Both the position numbers and the translations under genes were made by a program. From NCBI GenBank assembly GCA_902593795.1, contig CACJJR010000001.1, forward strand, positions 131,230 to 195,229: 64,000 nt of DNA, read 5' to 3'. This document shows positions 53,190-61,574 of this stretch, in pieces (the stretch's first letter is position 1; the number at the start of each line of letters is the position of its first letter). The notes under the pieces are model-generated. The model was not told the DNA's origin. It ran no database searches and saw only the letters and a program-made list of their open reading frames with translations. The DNA comes from an uncultured Candidatus Actinomarina sp. GTDB taxonomy: Bacteria; Actinomycetota; Acidimicrobiia; Actinomarinales; Actinomarinaceae.

Positions 53190-55840
53190 TGTTTGGATTT
53201 ACAAAGCGCCCGCTTTTTCTTATAGCTTGGAAAAACTTAAAAACTTACCCAGTTAGAATTTTTCTCACTACATCGTCAATTATTCTCGGCGTAGCAGTAA
53301 TTATTGCCTCGAATATTTTTTCTGAAAGCAATAAGTCAGCATTTGACAATTTGTTTACGGGTATATATGAAGGGGTTGACTTAGTAGTACAACCTATTCA
53401 AGAAGATTTTGCTCAAGGATTTAGCGGAGATGGTGGACAGGGACCTATTTCTTTTGAAGTTAAAAAGATTCCTGATGAAAAGATACAAGATATACAAAAT
53501 CTACCTAGTGTGAAAGCTGCTTGGGGAGAGGTTTTAGGATATGCTCAGTATATAAAATTTGGGCCAAGAAAAGACTGCCATTCTTTTATCAAAGAGTGCC
53601 CAAGAGAAACAATTCTTATTCAAAATGGTTTTGCACCTACATTTGGTGCAGCCTGGGATAGCAACTCTTATGCTCAGCAATGGTCTCTTGTTGATGGAGA
53701 ACCTCCTGCAAGTATTAAAGAAGTAGTTATGGATGTGTTAACAGCTGAAAATAATGGATTTGTTGTAGGAGATAAAGTTACCGTTCTTGCTGGAGCAACT
53801 CCTGCAACATTTACTATTTCAGGAATTGCAGAATTTGCAAGTGTTGGGTCGCCTGGTGGTGCAACATTTGCTTTATTTGAATTTAAAACAGCACAGAGGC
53901 TTTTAGATTCAAGAGGTAAAGTCGATTTGATTAATGTTGTAATTGAAGACAATTTTGATATCAATGATGTTAAAGATCAAATTACAAACTTAGATTCAGA
54001 AAACTTAAATGTAATTAACGCACAAGAAGCAGCTGCAGAGCAAGCAGACTCTATCAAACAGGGTCTAGATTTTTTCAATACTATTCTTAATGTTTTTGCT
54101 GGAATAGCAATATTTGTTGGTGCTTTTATTATTCAAAATACCTTCAGAATCCTCTTGCTCCAAAGAACAAAAGAACTTTCATTGTTGCGAGCTTTAGGTA
54201 CGTCCAAGCGACAGATTTATAGACTAGTTATCTCAGAATCTCTCTTTATGTCGATTATTGGATCAGGCCTAGGTATTGGTTTAGGCATTGGATTGGCTGT
54301 AGCGGTTAAAGCTGGATTGCAGTATTTTGAATTCGGACTTCCAGATGGTCCATTAGTTTTAACTACAGAAGCTGCATTGGTTGGTTTAGCAATTGGAATA
54401 ACTGTCACTATTATGTCTTCGATACTTCCAGCCAGAAAGGCCTCACAAGTAAGCCCCATGGAAGCTATAAGAGATAGTATTTCAACTCCAAAAGGAAAAT
54501 CATTATTTATACGCCTATTACTTGGCTCTTTAATTTCAACGATAGGTTTTGGAATGCTATTTGGTGTATTGTTTGAATTTTTAGATCTACCCACACTGTC
54601 TGCTTTACAACAAGTTGGTTTTGGAGCAGGAATAATATTTATCGGTATATCAGTAATAACTCCATCAATAACAAAACCTTTTGTATTTTTATTTGAAAAA
54701 GTATACAACCTTGTGTTTGGTATTTTAGGCAAGTTAGCAACAGAAAACTCAAAACGTACACCAAGAAGAACAGCTTCTACTGCATCTGCTTTAATGATTG
54801 GTTTAACGTTAATTTCTTTGGCTAATGTAATTACGACTTCATTTAAAGCACAGGCTGAGACTTTAATTAGTGAAGTAATATTAGCTGACTATCAAGTAAG
54901 TGCAGCTAATGTATTTGCATCTCCAGGAATTCCAACAGGATTGTCTGAAGAGCTCTTAGAGCTTGATGAAGTAACTAAACTTTCAAGAACAAGAGCTACA
55001 GTGGTTGGATATAATCAAAGACCCCTGATACTAGGTGCAGTTGATGAAACAGTTTTTGATCTTGTAAAGACAGATGATATTGAGGGAAGCAGAGAAGGGT
55101 TTTTGGAAAAAAATACTATCGGAATTCTAAGGCCTACTGCTGAGAGAGAAGAGCTATCTGTTGGCGATAAAGTTACATTAACGATTCCTGAAGAAGGGGA
55201 AAAAGTTTTTACTGTTTCTTATATATTTGATTGGACGACCCAACCTCCTGCTGAATTTTTTGTTTTATTAGAGAATAATTCATTTTTTAATGAAGAGTCT
55301 TTAGATACTGAGTTATATTTTAACGTATCCGAAAAAACTCCTGAGCTAGAAGAGAAAATTAATGGGATTGTTGATGGTTACCCTGGTGTTGAAATACGAG
55401 ATGAAGACGGATTAGTTGAAGAAGCAAACAATCAAATACAGTTATTACTTAATGTAATTTACGGGTTCTTATCAATCTCCATTTTTGTTGCACTGTTTGG
55501 AATAACCAATACTTTATCTCTCTCAGTTTATGAAAGAACAAGAGAGATTGGACTAATGAGAGCAATTGGAACATATAGAAAGCAAATAAGAAGAATGATT
55601 TTTATTGAATCTTCTATTATTTCTATATTCGGTGCTGCTTTAGGTACAGGACTTGGAATTTTCTTTGCATGGAGCTTGATACAAACATTAGCTGATGAAG
55701 GGTTCACAGTTTTCGCTGTTTCTATTCCACAGACATTCTTATGGATTGGTATAGCAATTATTGCAGGTGTCATTGCAGCTATACTTCCAGCTATTAGGGC
55801 AGCAAGACAAAACATACTCGACGCTATCTCTTACGAGTAA
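53189..55840 (+). CDS. ABC transporter permease with two FtsX-type modules (YbbP-like)
   Basis: 883 aa. It has two repeats of a TM, a large extracytoplasmic domain and 3 TMs. The FtsX blocks are QRTKELSLLRALGTSKRQI and ERTREIGLMRAIGTYRKQI. Confidence 0.8.
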   Translation: MFGFTKRPLFLIAWKNLKTYPVRIFLTTSSIILGVAVIIASNIFSESNKSAFDNLFTGIYEGVDLVVQPIQEDFAQGFSGDGGQGPISFEVKKIPDEKIQDIQNLPSVKAAWGEVLGYAQYIKFGPRKDCHSFIKECPRETILIQNGFAPTFGAAWDSNSYAQQWSLVDGEPPASIKEVVMDVLTAENNGFVVGDKVTVLAGATPATFTISGIAEFASVGSPGGATFALFEFKTAQRLLDSRGKVDLINVVIEDNFDINDVKDQITNLDSENLNVINAQEAAAEQADSIKQGLDFFNTILNVFAGIAIFVGAFIIQNTFRILLLQRTKELSLLRALGTSKRQIYRLVISESLFMSIIGSGLGIGLGIGLAVAVKAGLQYFEFGLPDGPLVLTTEAALVGLAIGITVTIMSSILPARKASQVSPMEAIRDSISTPKGKSLFIRLLLGSLISTIGFGMLFGVLFEFLDLPTLSALQQVGFGAGIIFIGISVITPSITKPFVFLFEKVYNLVFGILGKLATENSKRTPRRTASTASALMIGLTLISLANVITTSFKAQAETLISEVILADYQVSAANVFASPGIPTGLSEELLELDEVTKLSRTRATVVGYNQRPLILGAVDETVFDLVKTDDIEGSREGFLEKNTIGILRPTAEREELSVGDKVTLTIPEEGEKVFTVSYIFDWTTQPPAEFFVLLENNSFFNEESLDTELYFNVSEKTPELEEKINGIVDGYPGVEIRDEDGLVEEANNQIQLLLNVIYGFLSISIFVALFGITNTLSLSVYERTREIGLMRAIGTYRKQIRRMIFIESSIISIFGAALGTGLGIFFAWSLIQTLADEGFTVFAVSIPQTFLWIGIAIIAGVIAAILPAIRAARQNILDAISYE

Positions 55841-55867
55841 ATATATTTTGACCTTAAAATGTAAATT

Positions 55868-57166
55868 ATGGCTCAAGAAGAAATAGTTAAACTATTATCA
55901 GAAATGGTAGAAATAAGATCTATCAGTTCAGACAAGAACCACAGAGATGATGTTGATGCATCAGCACAATTTGTTCAAGACTTGTTTGCAAATTTAGGAC
56001 TCAATACTCAAGTTATAAAAGTTGCAGGAGGCATGCCAGCTGTAGTAGCGCATACAGAAATTGATCCATCTAAAAAAACAGTCTTGCTATACGCGCACCA
56101 TGACGTACAACCAGTTGGTGATTTAGATTTATGGAATACTGAACCTTTTGATCCAGTAGTGAAAGATGGAAGACTGTATGGAAGAGGTTCTGGTGATAAC
56201 AAATCTGGAGTAGTTGTTCATTACAATGTAGTAAAAGAACTACTTGACGACTTGCCAGTAAATATTCGTATTTTTATTGAAGGTGAAGAAGAAATTGGCT
56301 CTCCAACCATGTCAGATTTCATCGAACAGAACAGAGACGCTTTAGAAGCTGATGTAATAGTTATCGCAGATTCAGGAAATGTAAAAATTGGAGTTCCAAC
56401 TGTGACTACAACTTTAAGAGGACTTGTAGATGCAATTATTGAAGTTGATCAACCAATGAGACCAATACACTCTGGTGTTGGTGGAGGAGTTGTTCCAGAC
56501 GCTTTTATGGTGTTGAGTAGAATCATTGCTTCTTTTCATAATGAAAAGGGAGAGCTCATGGTTGAAGGTTTAACCCCAACTGATATGCAAGTTACAGAAC
56601 TTGAAGAATCTTTTATGAAAAAAATGCTTGGATCAGATGAAATTAATCTATTTGATACCGAAAGTATTTCAAAAAGACTTTGGCTAGAACCAGCACTAGA
56701 TGTATTAGCTATTGATGCTCCACCAGTTAAAGATGCAGTAAATTTAGTTATCCCTAAAGCTAGTGCAAAAATTAGCCTCAGACTTCCGCCAACAGAAGAT
56801 CCGGAGCATGCAATGAAAATGCTTGAGGAACATGTGATGAAGAATATTCCTTGGAATGCATCAGTTAAATTTATTCCAAACTCAAAAGGTTCCGGCGTAG
56901 TTGCAAATCCTAATAAACCATTTACAACAGAGTTGGTTAACAGCTTTAATTCAATTTGGGATAATGAAACAGCGTATATTGGTGTTGGAGGCTCTATACC
57001 TTTTGCTAATGATTTTGTGAGAGAATTTCCTAATGCAGAACTTGTATTAGTTGGTGCTGCTGACGAAGAACTTGGAAATGCTCATGCACCGAACGAGAGT
57101 GTTCAACTTGACCACATTGAAATGCTCATTGAAAGTCTTGTTAAAACTCTCAAAAATATTTCTTAA
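55868..57166 (+). CDS. M20 family metallopeptidase (dipeptidase/ArgE-DapE-like)
   Basis: 432 aa. It has YAHHDVQP, GRGSGDNKSG, EGEEEIGS and a C-terminal NAHAPNE. Confidence 0.8.
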   Translation: MAQEEIVKLLSEMVEIRSISSDKNHRDDVDASAQFVQDLFANLGLNTQVIKVAGGMPAVVAHTEIDPSKKTVLLYAHHDVQPVGDLDLWNTEPFDPVVKDGRLYGRGSGDNKSGVVVHYNVVKELLDDLPVNIRIFIEGEEEIGSPTMSDFIEQNRDALEADVIVIADSGNVKIGVPTVTTTLRGLVDAIIEVDQPMRPIHSGVGGGVVPDAFMVLSRIIASFHNEKGELMVEGLTPTDMQVTELEESFMKKMLGSDEINLFDTESISKRLWLEPALDVLAIDAPPVKDAVNLVIPKASAKISLRLPPTEDPEHAMKMLEEHVMKNIPWNASVKFIPNSKGSGVVANPNKPFTTELVNSFNSIWDNETAYIGVGGSIPFANDFVREFPNAELVLVGAADEELGNAHAPNESVQLDHIEMLIESLVKTLKNIS

Positions 57167-57332
57167 AAAGTAAAGCTCCAGGTCCTTGTAAAGCCTTATT
57201 TTACTTAAATTTTACATAAATTTAATAAAATCTAATACAAGCCTCATAATATTTTTGTAGAATAGCCATGTAATTTAAGGAAGTTAAATTACGTCAAATA
57301 TTAGGGGGAGCTTATGGAAGGTAGGTTAACCT

Positions 57333-57878
57333 ATGAAAAAATTTTTCATCCAAGATGATGTTTCTACAGCGAAAACATCATCAATTCTATTCTTTATCTC
57401 TGGAGTAATAGCTTTTATACAGCCAGACATACTAGTTGTCAGAACATTAGCTAGTTTCTTTGGAGCTGTAGCAATAGCACAGATTGTACTCCTTGGACCA
57501 CAAATAATGGAAGACAGCATTCCTGAATCCTGGAGGACTGCAAACGCTATGATTGCTGCTGTTATTTTGCTGGATAACTTGATCGACACTGGTTATGTCG
57601 CAAGAGAACTAGAAAACCCAATTGCACGAGAACCAATATTTATATTTCTTAATTTTGCTTTTCTTGGGTATGCTTTCACAACTGAAGGTAATATGTCTAA
57701 CGTATTTAGATATATGATTATGTTTGGAGCTTCTGCATTTATTCTTGTTTTAGGCGCAGAGTTCTTTTTTGGAGTAGAGATACCTGAATCTCTTGACATA
57801 ATATTTTTGCCAGTGTTCTTTACCTGGCTTATAGGAATTACAGCGGGAACTTACACAGCTTTTAGCAATAAACAATAA
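57333..57878 (+). CDS. polytopic membrane protein, paralog M1 of an uncharacterised family
   Basis: 181 aa. It has MKKFFIQ..., IPESWR after TM2, and IPES before the last TM. It is similar to M2 and M3. Confidence 0.7.
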   Translation: MKKFFIQDDVSTAKTSSILFFISGVIAFIQPDILVVRTLASFFGAVAIAQIVLLGPQIMEDSIPESWRTANAMIAAVILLDNLIDTGYVARELENPIAREPIFIFLNFAFLGYAFTTEGNMSNVFRYMIMFGASAFILVLGAEFFFGVEIPESLDIIFLPVFFTWLIGITAGTYTAFSNKQ

Positions 57879-57896
57879 CAAAAGAAAGGAAATAAA

Positions 57897-58469
57897 ATGA
57901 AAGCATTTTTTACCCAACCGATAGGCAGTCTTGTAAGACAAAACGCAATCGGTTTTATTGGTTGTAATATTTATTTAATTGCTACTGGATTTGAACTTTT
58001 TGAGTCCGTTGATGGAGTAAATAGAATATTCAACTTTGCTTGGGGTTTTACATTATTAGCGATAATTATAGGTAGTTATCAATTAGTTGAAGATCAGGTA
58101 CCTGAGTACTGGAAAATGGCTACCGGTATTTTAGGAACAGTGATAATACTTGGAACACTTATTGAAATATCAGTACCTGAATTTAGAGAAAATGGTTTTT
58201 CAGGAATGTACTTCCTGTGGGCATTCAACTCATTGACTTATCTTCTTACTATAAGAGGTACTGGAGTCTTTAGACCAGTTTATGAGTATTTAAGTATTTT
58301 TGCTTTTACTTTTATCCTCATTGCCTCAGGTGGAAATTTATTTTTTGATTATACACCACCAGAGTCAATCCAACTAGTTTTTGGAATCGCATGGATCTCT
58401 ATGATTATAGGTTTTGGATACGGAAGTTATGTTGCTTGGGGTGACAAAATGTCATCAAGCACAGAATAA
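57897..58469 (+). CDS. polytopic membrane protein, paralog M2
   Basis: 190 aa. It has MKAFFTQ..., VPEYWK and TPPES. The RBS region aaagaaaggaaataaa is shared with M3. Confidence 0.7.
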   Translation: MKAFFTQPIGSLVRQNAIGFIGCNIYLIATGFELFESVDGVNRIFNFAWGFTLLAIIIGSYQLVEDQVPEYWKMATGILGTVIILGTLIEISVPEFRENGFSGMYFLWAFNSLTYLLTIRGTGVFRPVYEYLSIFAFTFILIASGGNLFFDYTPPESIQLVFGIAWISMIIGFGYGSYVAWGDKMSSSTE

Positions 58470-58486
58470 AAGAAAGGAAATAAATT

Positions 58487-59026
58487 ATGAAATCATTTTT
58501 TGCATCAACAGATAAAGAAAATGCACAACAGGCTGGTTACTTATTCCTAATTACAAACCTTTTAGGATTTGTAACTACAGGAATAATGGGAATGGAAGCT
58601 CCTCCGGGAGAGCTATTGGTAAACTTTTTATGGGGTTTAAGCCTTGCTGGTATTTTTCTGACCATTAAACCATTATTAGGAGATAATGTGCCTGAAAATT
58701 GGAGAGAAGGCACAACTTTTCTAGCAGCAGCAATTTTTGCAGGAAACTGTTTAACACTAGGAAGTGATGGAAATGAATTTGGTCCTTTTTTCTTTTTTAT
58801 TTGTTTAAACATGGTGGCTTTATATGCAGTTTCAGAGGGTGTTATTGGTAATATATGGAGATACAACCTTTTAGTCGGAGGGCTTATGGGAGTTATTTTT
58901 GCTGGGGCTGGGACATTTTTTGGATATGAACCGCCAGAAGCTTTAATGCCCCTTCAATTAGTCCTTTGGGTAACATTTATCTTAGGTCTAGGAGTAGGCC
59001 CATTGTTAGCATGGAGAGATAGATAA
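58487..59026 (+). CDS. polytopic membrane protein, paralog M3
   Basis: 179 aa. It has MKSFFAS..., VPENWR and EPPEA. Confidence 0.7.
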   Translation: MKSFFASTDKENAQQAGYLFLITNLLGFVTTGIMGMEAPPGELLVNFLWGLSLAGIFLTIKPLLGDNVPENWREGTTFLAAAIFAGNCLTLGSDGNEFGPFFFFICLNMVALYAVSEGVIGNIWRYNLLVGGLMGVIFAGAGTFFGYEPPEALMPLQLVLWVTFILGLGVGPLLAWRDR

Positions 59027-59667
59027 TGTATGTAAGACTAGGATTAGCAACTCCAAAAGAAGGAATGACAGAGGAAGCTCTTCATTATTTTAGAGACGTA
59101 GCAATTTCTGTTTATGATCAAGTAAGTGGTCTTCTTGGTGCTGCAGCATGTATTAACAATGCTGGTCAGCTCATGGCATGGACTACTTGGGTGAACAATG
59201 AAGCAAAAGAAGCTGCAATGTCAGAGTTTCAACAAAACCTTTCAGGATTAGCTGATTTCATTACAGAACCCCCAACAATACTTGAAGGGCCAATGGTTGC
59301 AGGACAACAATACATTATGGTTCCAAAAGATGGTGAAGACCCATTTTTTGCAAGATTTGTATTAGGCGGTGGAACTCAAGAAGGTAAAACTTATGATGAT
59401 GTTACAGAGTTTATGACAAACACTGTTTATCCGGCATATGAAAATGTTGATGGCATATTTGCTACTGCTGCATGCAAAGTTGATGACAATAGTGGTTTTA
59501 GTTTCAATTTTTGGACGAGTCACGATGCTGCACATGCAGCATCTGATGTAATCGCAGATGTTGTACAAGATGCAGTTACAAATTTAATTAAAGAAGCACC
59601 TCAAGAATTAACAGGAGAATGTAATGTTTGGAAAAACTATGTCGATTTTCCTGTAGGAAAAATATAG
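59026..59667 (+). CDS. soluble protein with two tandem ferredoxin-like (ABM/Dabb-like) halves, paralog S1
   Basis: 213 aa. The two halves start MYVRLGLATPKEG... and FFARFVLGGGTQEG... and resemble each other. The ABM-like assignment rests on the pattern (beta-strand start, W/F..S.eda..) only. The start overlaps the M3 stop (TAATG). Confidence 0.6.
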   Translation: MYVRLGLATPKEGMTEEALHYFRDVAISVYDQVSGLLGAAACINNAGQLMAWTTWVNNEAKEAAMSEFQQNLSGLADFITEPPTILEGPMVAGQQYIMVPKDGEDPFFARFVLGGGTQEGKTYDDVTEFMTNTVYPAYENVDGIFATAACKVDDNSGFSFNFWTSHDAAHAASDVIADVVQDAVTNLIKEAPQELTGECNVWKNYVDFPVGKI

Positions 59668-59677
59668 AAAGGAAATT

Positions 59678-60295
59678 ATGTTAACTAGTAAAGAAGCTCA
59701 GCTCGGTAGTTTAATGGCAAGAATTGCAGCATTGGGAACCATTGTTGTATTCGCAGTTCAAGCTTTGCTTATTGGGCCAGATCAGATTGGTTATAGCACT
59801 GAATACGGAGCTATTGTAGATATAGCTTCATTTGTTCAAACTTTTGGAATTTTGTTTACAATTTCGTTAACTCAAAAATTGTTTGGAGACAACAATCCAT
59901 ACTTTAGGATTGTCAGTGCAATACTATTTGTTGCTGCAGTAATTCAACTAACAGGATCATTGTCATCAACAGGTAATGCAAACAGCGTCTTTGATTCTGT
60001 ACTATCAGCAGATCAAGCAAATGCAGTTGCAAATAACGGCCAGCTCGTTACATTCGTCCTATATGGAATATGGGCCTTATGCTTAATAAGTGCTGATGAA
60101 AATAATCGTGTTCCATCGTGGGGAAGAATGTCTGGACAAGGTGCTGCTTACCTTGTTATAGCTGTTCAAATTGGAGCATTATTTGGTTTGATACCACTAG
60201 CTGCTTTTGTGCCGGTATTCATTCTTGGAGGAGTAATTCTCTTCCCAGTTTTTGTATACGGAATAAGCATTGCATTTAGTAAGTCGGGAGAATAG
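59678..60295 (+). CDS. polytopic membrane protein, divergent paralog M4
   Basis: 205 aa with 5-6 hydrophobic segments. It has the same size class and operon context as M1-M3, but its similarity to them is weak. Confidence 0.65.
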   Translation: MLTSKEAQLGSLMARIAALGTIVVFAVQALLIGPDQIGYSTEYGAIVDIASFVQTFGILFTISLTQKLFGDNNPYFRIVSAILFVAAVIQLTGSLSSTGNANSVFDSVLSADQANAVANNGQLVTFVLYGIWALCLISADENNRVPSWGRMSGQGAAYLVIAVQIGALFGLIPLAAFVPVFILGGVILFPVFVYGISIAFSKSGE

Positions 60296-60298
60296 ATT

Positions 60299-60934
60299 AT
60301 GTATTTTAGAGTAACGTTACCAGCCTTACAAGATGGAAAAAAAGATGAGGCAGTGTCTTTTGTTAAAGAGAGAGTAATGACGGAGTTTGACAATACGCCC
60401 GGATTGCTTTCTATGACAGCTGCAATTACTGGAGACACAACAGGCATAAATATTGCATGTTACGAAAGTAAAGAATCAATGGAAGCTGTTATAGATCAAA
60501 TTCAAGGTATTTTATCCGAGGCCGCCGACTTAATGGCAGCACCTCCAGTTATATACCAAGGTGATGCTGTGTATGGCAAGGTATACCAAACTATGGATAA
60601 AGAAAGTCAAAGACCAAGTTATTTGAGACTAGTTGTAGGTGTTGCAAAAGACACAGAAGCTGTCTTAAATTTCTTAAAAGAAAAAGTAGATCCAATATAT
60701 GAAGAGTCAGAAGGCCTTCAGGTAACAGGTGCGATTTTTGATGGAGATAGCGCCATTAGTTGGAACTTTTGGGATTCACAAGAAGATATGGATGCTGCTG
60801 TTGCGAAACTACAAGACGCACTTGATAGTGAATCAGAGACTGACTTGTTCGACGGGAGCACTATAGCTTATATGGGACCTGTGTACGCAGGTAAGCTGTT
60901 TATTGATTTTAATGAAGGAGATACTCCAACATAG
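60299..60934 (+). CDS. soluble tandem ferredoxin-like (ABM/Dabb-like) protein, paralog S2
   Basis: 211 aa. The halves start MYFRVTLPALQDGKKDE... and SYLRLVVGVAKDTE... It is collinear with S1. Confidence 0.6.
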   Translation: MYFRVTLPALQDGKKDEAVSFVKERVMTEFDNTPGLLSMTAAITGDTTGINIACYESKESMEAVIDQIQGILSEAADLMAAPPVIYQGDAVYGKVYQTMDKESQRPSYLRLVVGVAKDTEAVLNFLKEKVDPIYEESEGLQVTGAIFDGDSAISWNFWDSQEDMDAAVAKLQDALDSESETDLFDGSTIAYMGPVYAGKLFIDFNEGDTPT

Positions 60935-60971
60935 TTCTCTCTAACAGATAACGCATACAAAAAATGCACAG

Positions 60972-61004
60972 AAAAAAGGGATTTTATAAAAATCCCTTTT
61001 TTTT
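60972..61004 (+). terminator. intrinsic terminator closing the 57.3-60.9 kb operon
   Basis: AAAAAAGGGATTTT-ATA-AAAATCCC is followed by an 8-T run at 60997..61004. Confidence 0.75.
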
Positions 61005-61165
61005 ATCATAGAAATATTTAGCATATTTCTATGTCTAGAAAGATAACACCAGCCAGAGTATTTTTGATTCTTTTCGTTATTTATGTACTTTTTTCTGAGG
61101 ATAACACTGCAAGAAGATTTAAACAACTACCTGAACTATTGCTAAATTATTTTTAAACTTAATTT

Positions 61166-61543
61166 ATGAATTTAAACAATTTCACAGAAGCTGAATACAT
61201 AAACCTCATTACTTATAAGAGAGATAAATCCTCTGTCACAACTCCAGTATGGGTTGCTGCTTTTTCTAATTCATTAGTTGTTACAACGAGCCTTAATGCT
61301 GGAAAAGTCAAAAGAGTAAGAAATAATGGTAAAGCAACAATTTACATTACTAACCAAAATGGTTCTAAAAAACTTTCAGAGAGCCTTGATTTAAAAGCAA
61401 CACTTATAGAAGACTTAGATCTTAAAAAACAAGCTACAGATTTAATTAGAAAAAAATACGGCATGATGGCAAAGATGATCATGAAAGGTCCTGATGAAAA
61501 AAGGGCAATTATAAAACTAGAGGAAATAGGAGGTGAAAAATGA
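61166..61543 (+). CDS. PPOX-class (pyridoxamine-5'-phosphate-oxidase-like, possibly F420-dependent) split-barrel protein
   Basis: 125 aa. The pattern YINLITYKRDKSSVTTPVWVA...GKVKRVRNNGKATI resembles the small actinobacterial PPOX-class family. Confidence 0.55.
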   Translation: MNLNNFTEAEYINLITYKRDKSSVTTPVWVAAFSNSLVVTTSLNAGKVKRVRNNGKATIYITNQNGSKKLSESLDLKATLIEDLDLKKQATDLIRKKYGMMAKMIMKGPDEKRAIIKLEEIGGEK

Positions 61544-61574
61544 TGTGTCCAGAATGTGGATGTGAAGACGAAAG

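Noticed and set aside
60941-61126. A 61-aa minus-strand ORF between the paralog operon and the PPOX gene.
   Set aside because: It runs through the intrinsic terminator hairpin and AT-rich spacer. It is Cys/Phe/Lys-rich nonsense-like sequence with no RBS.
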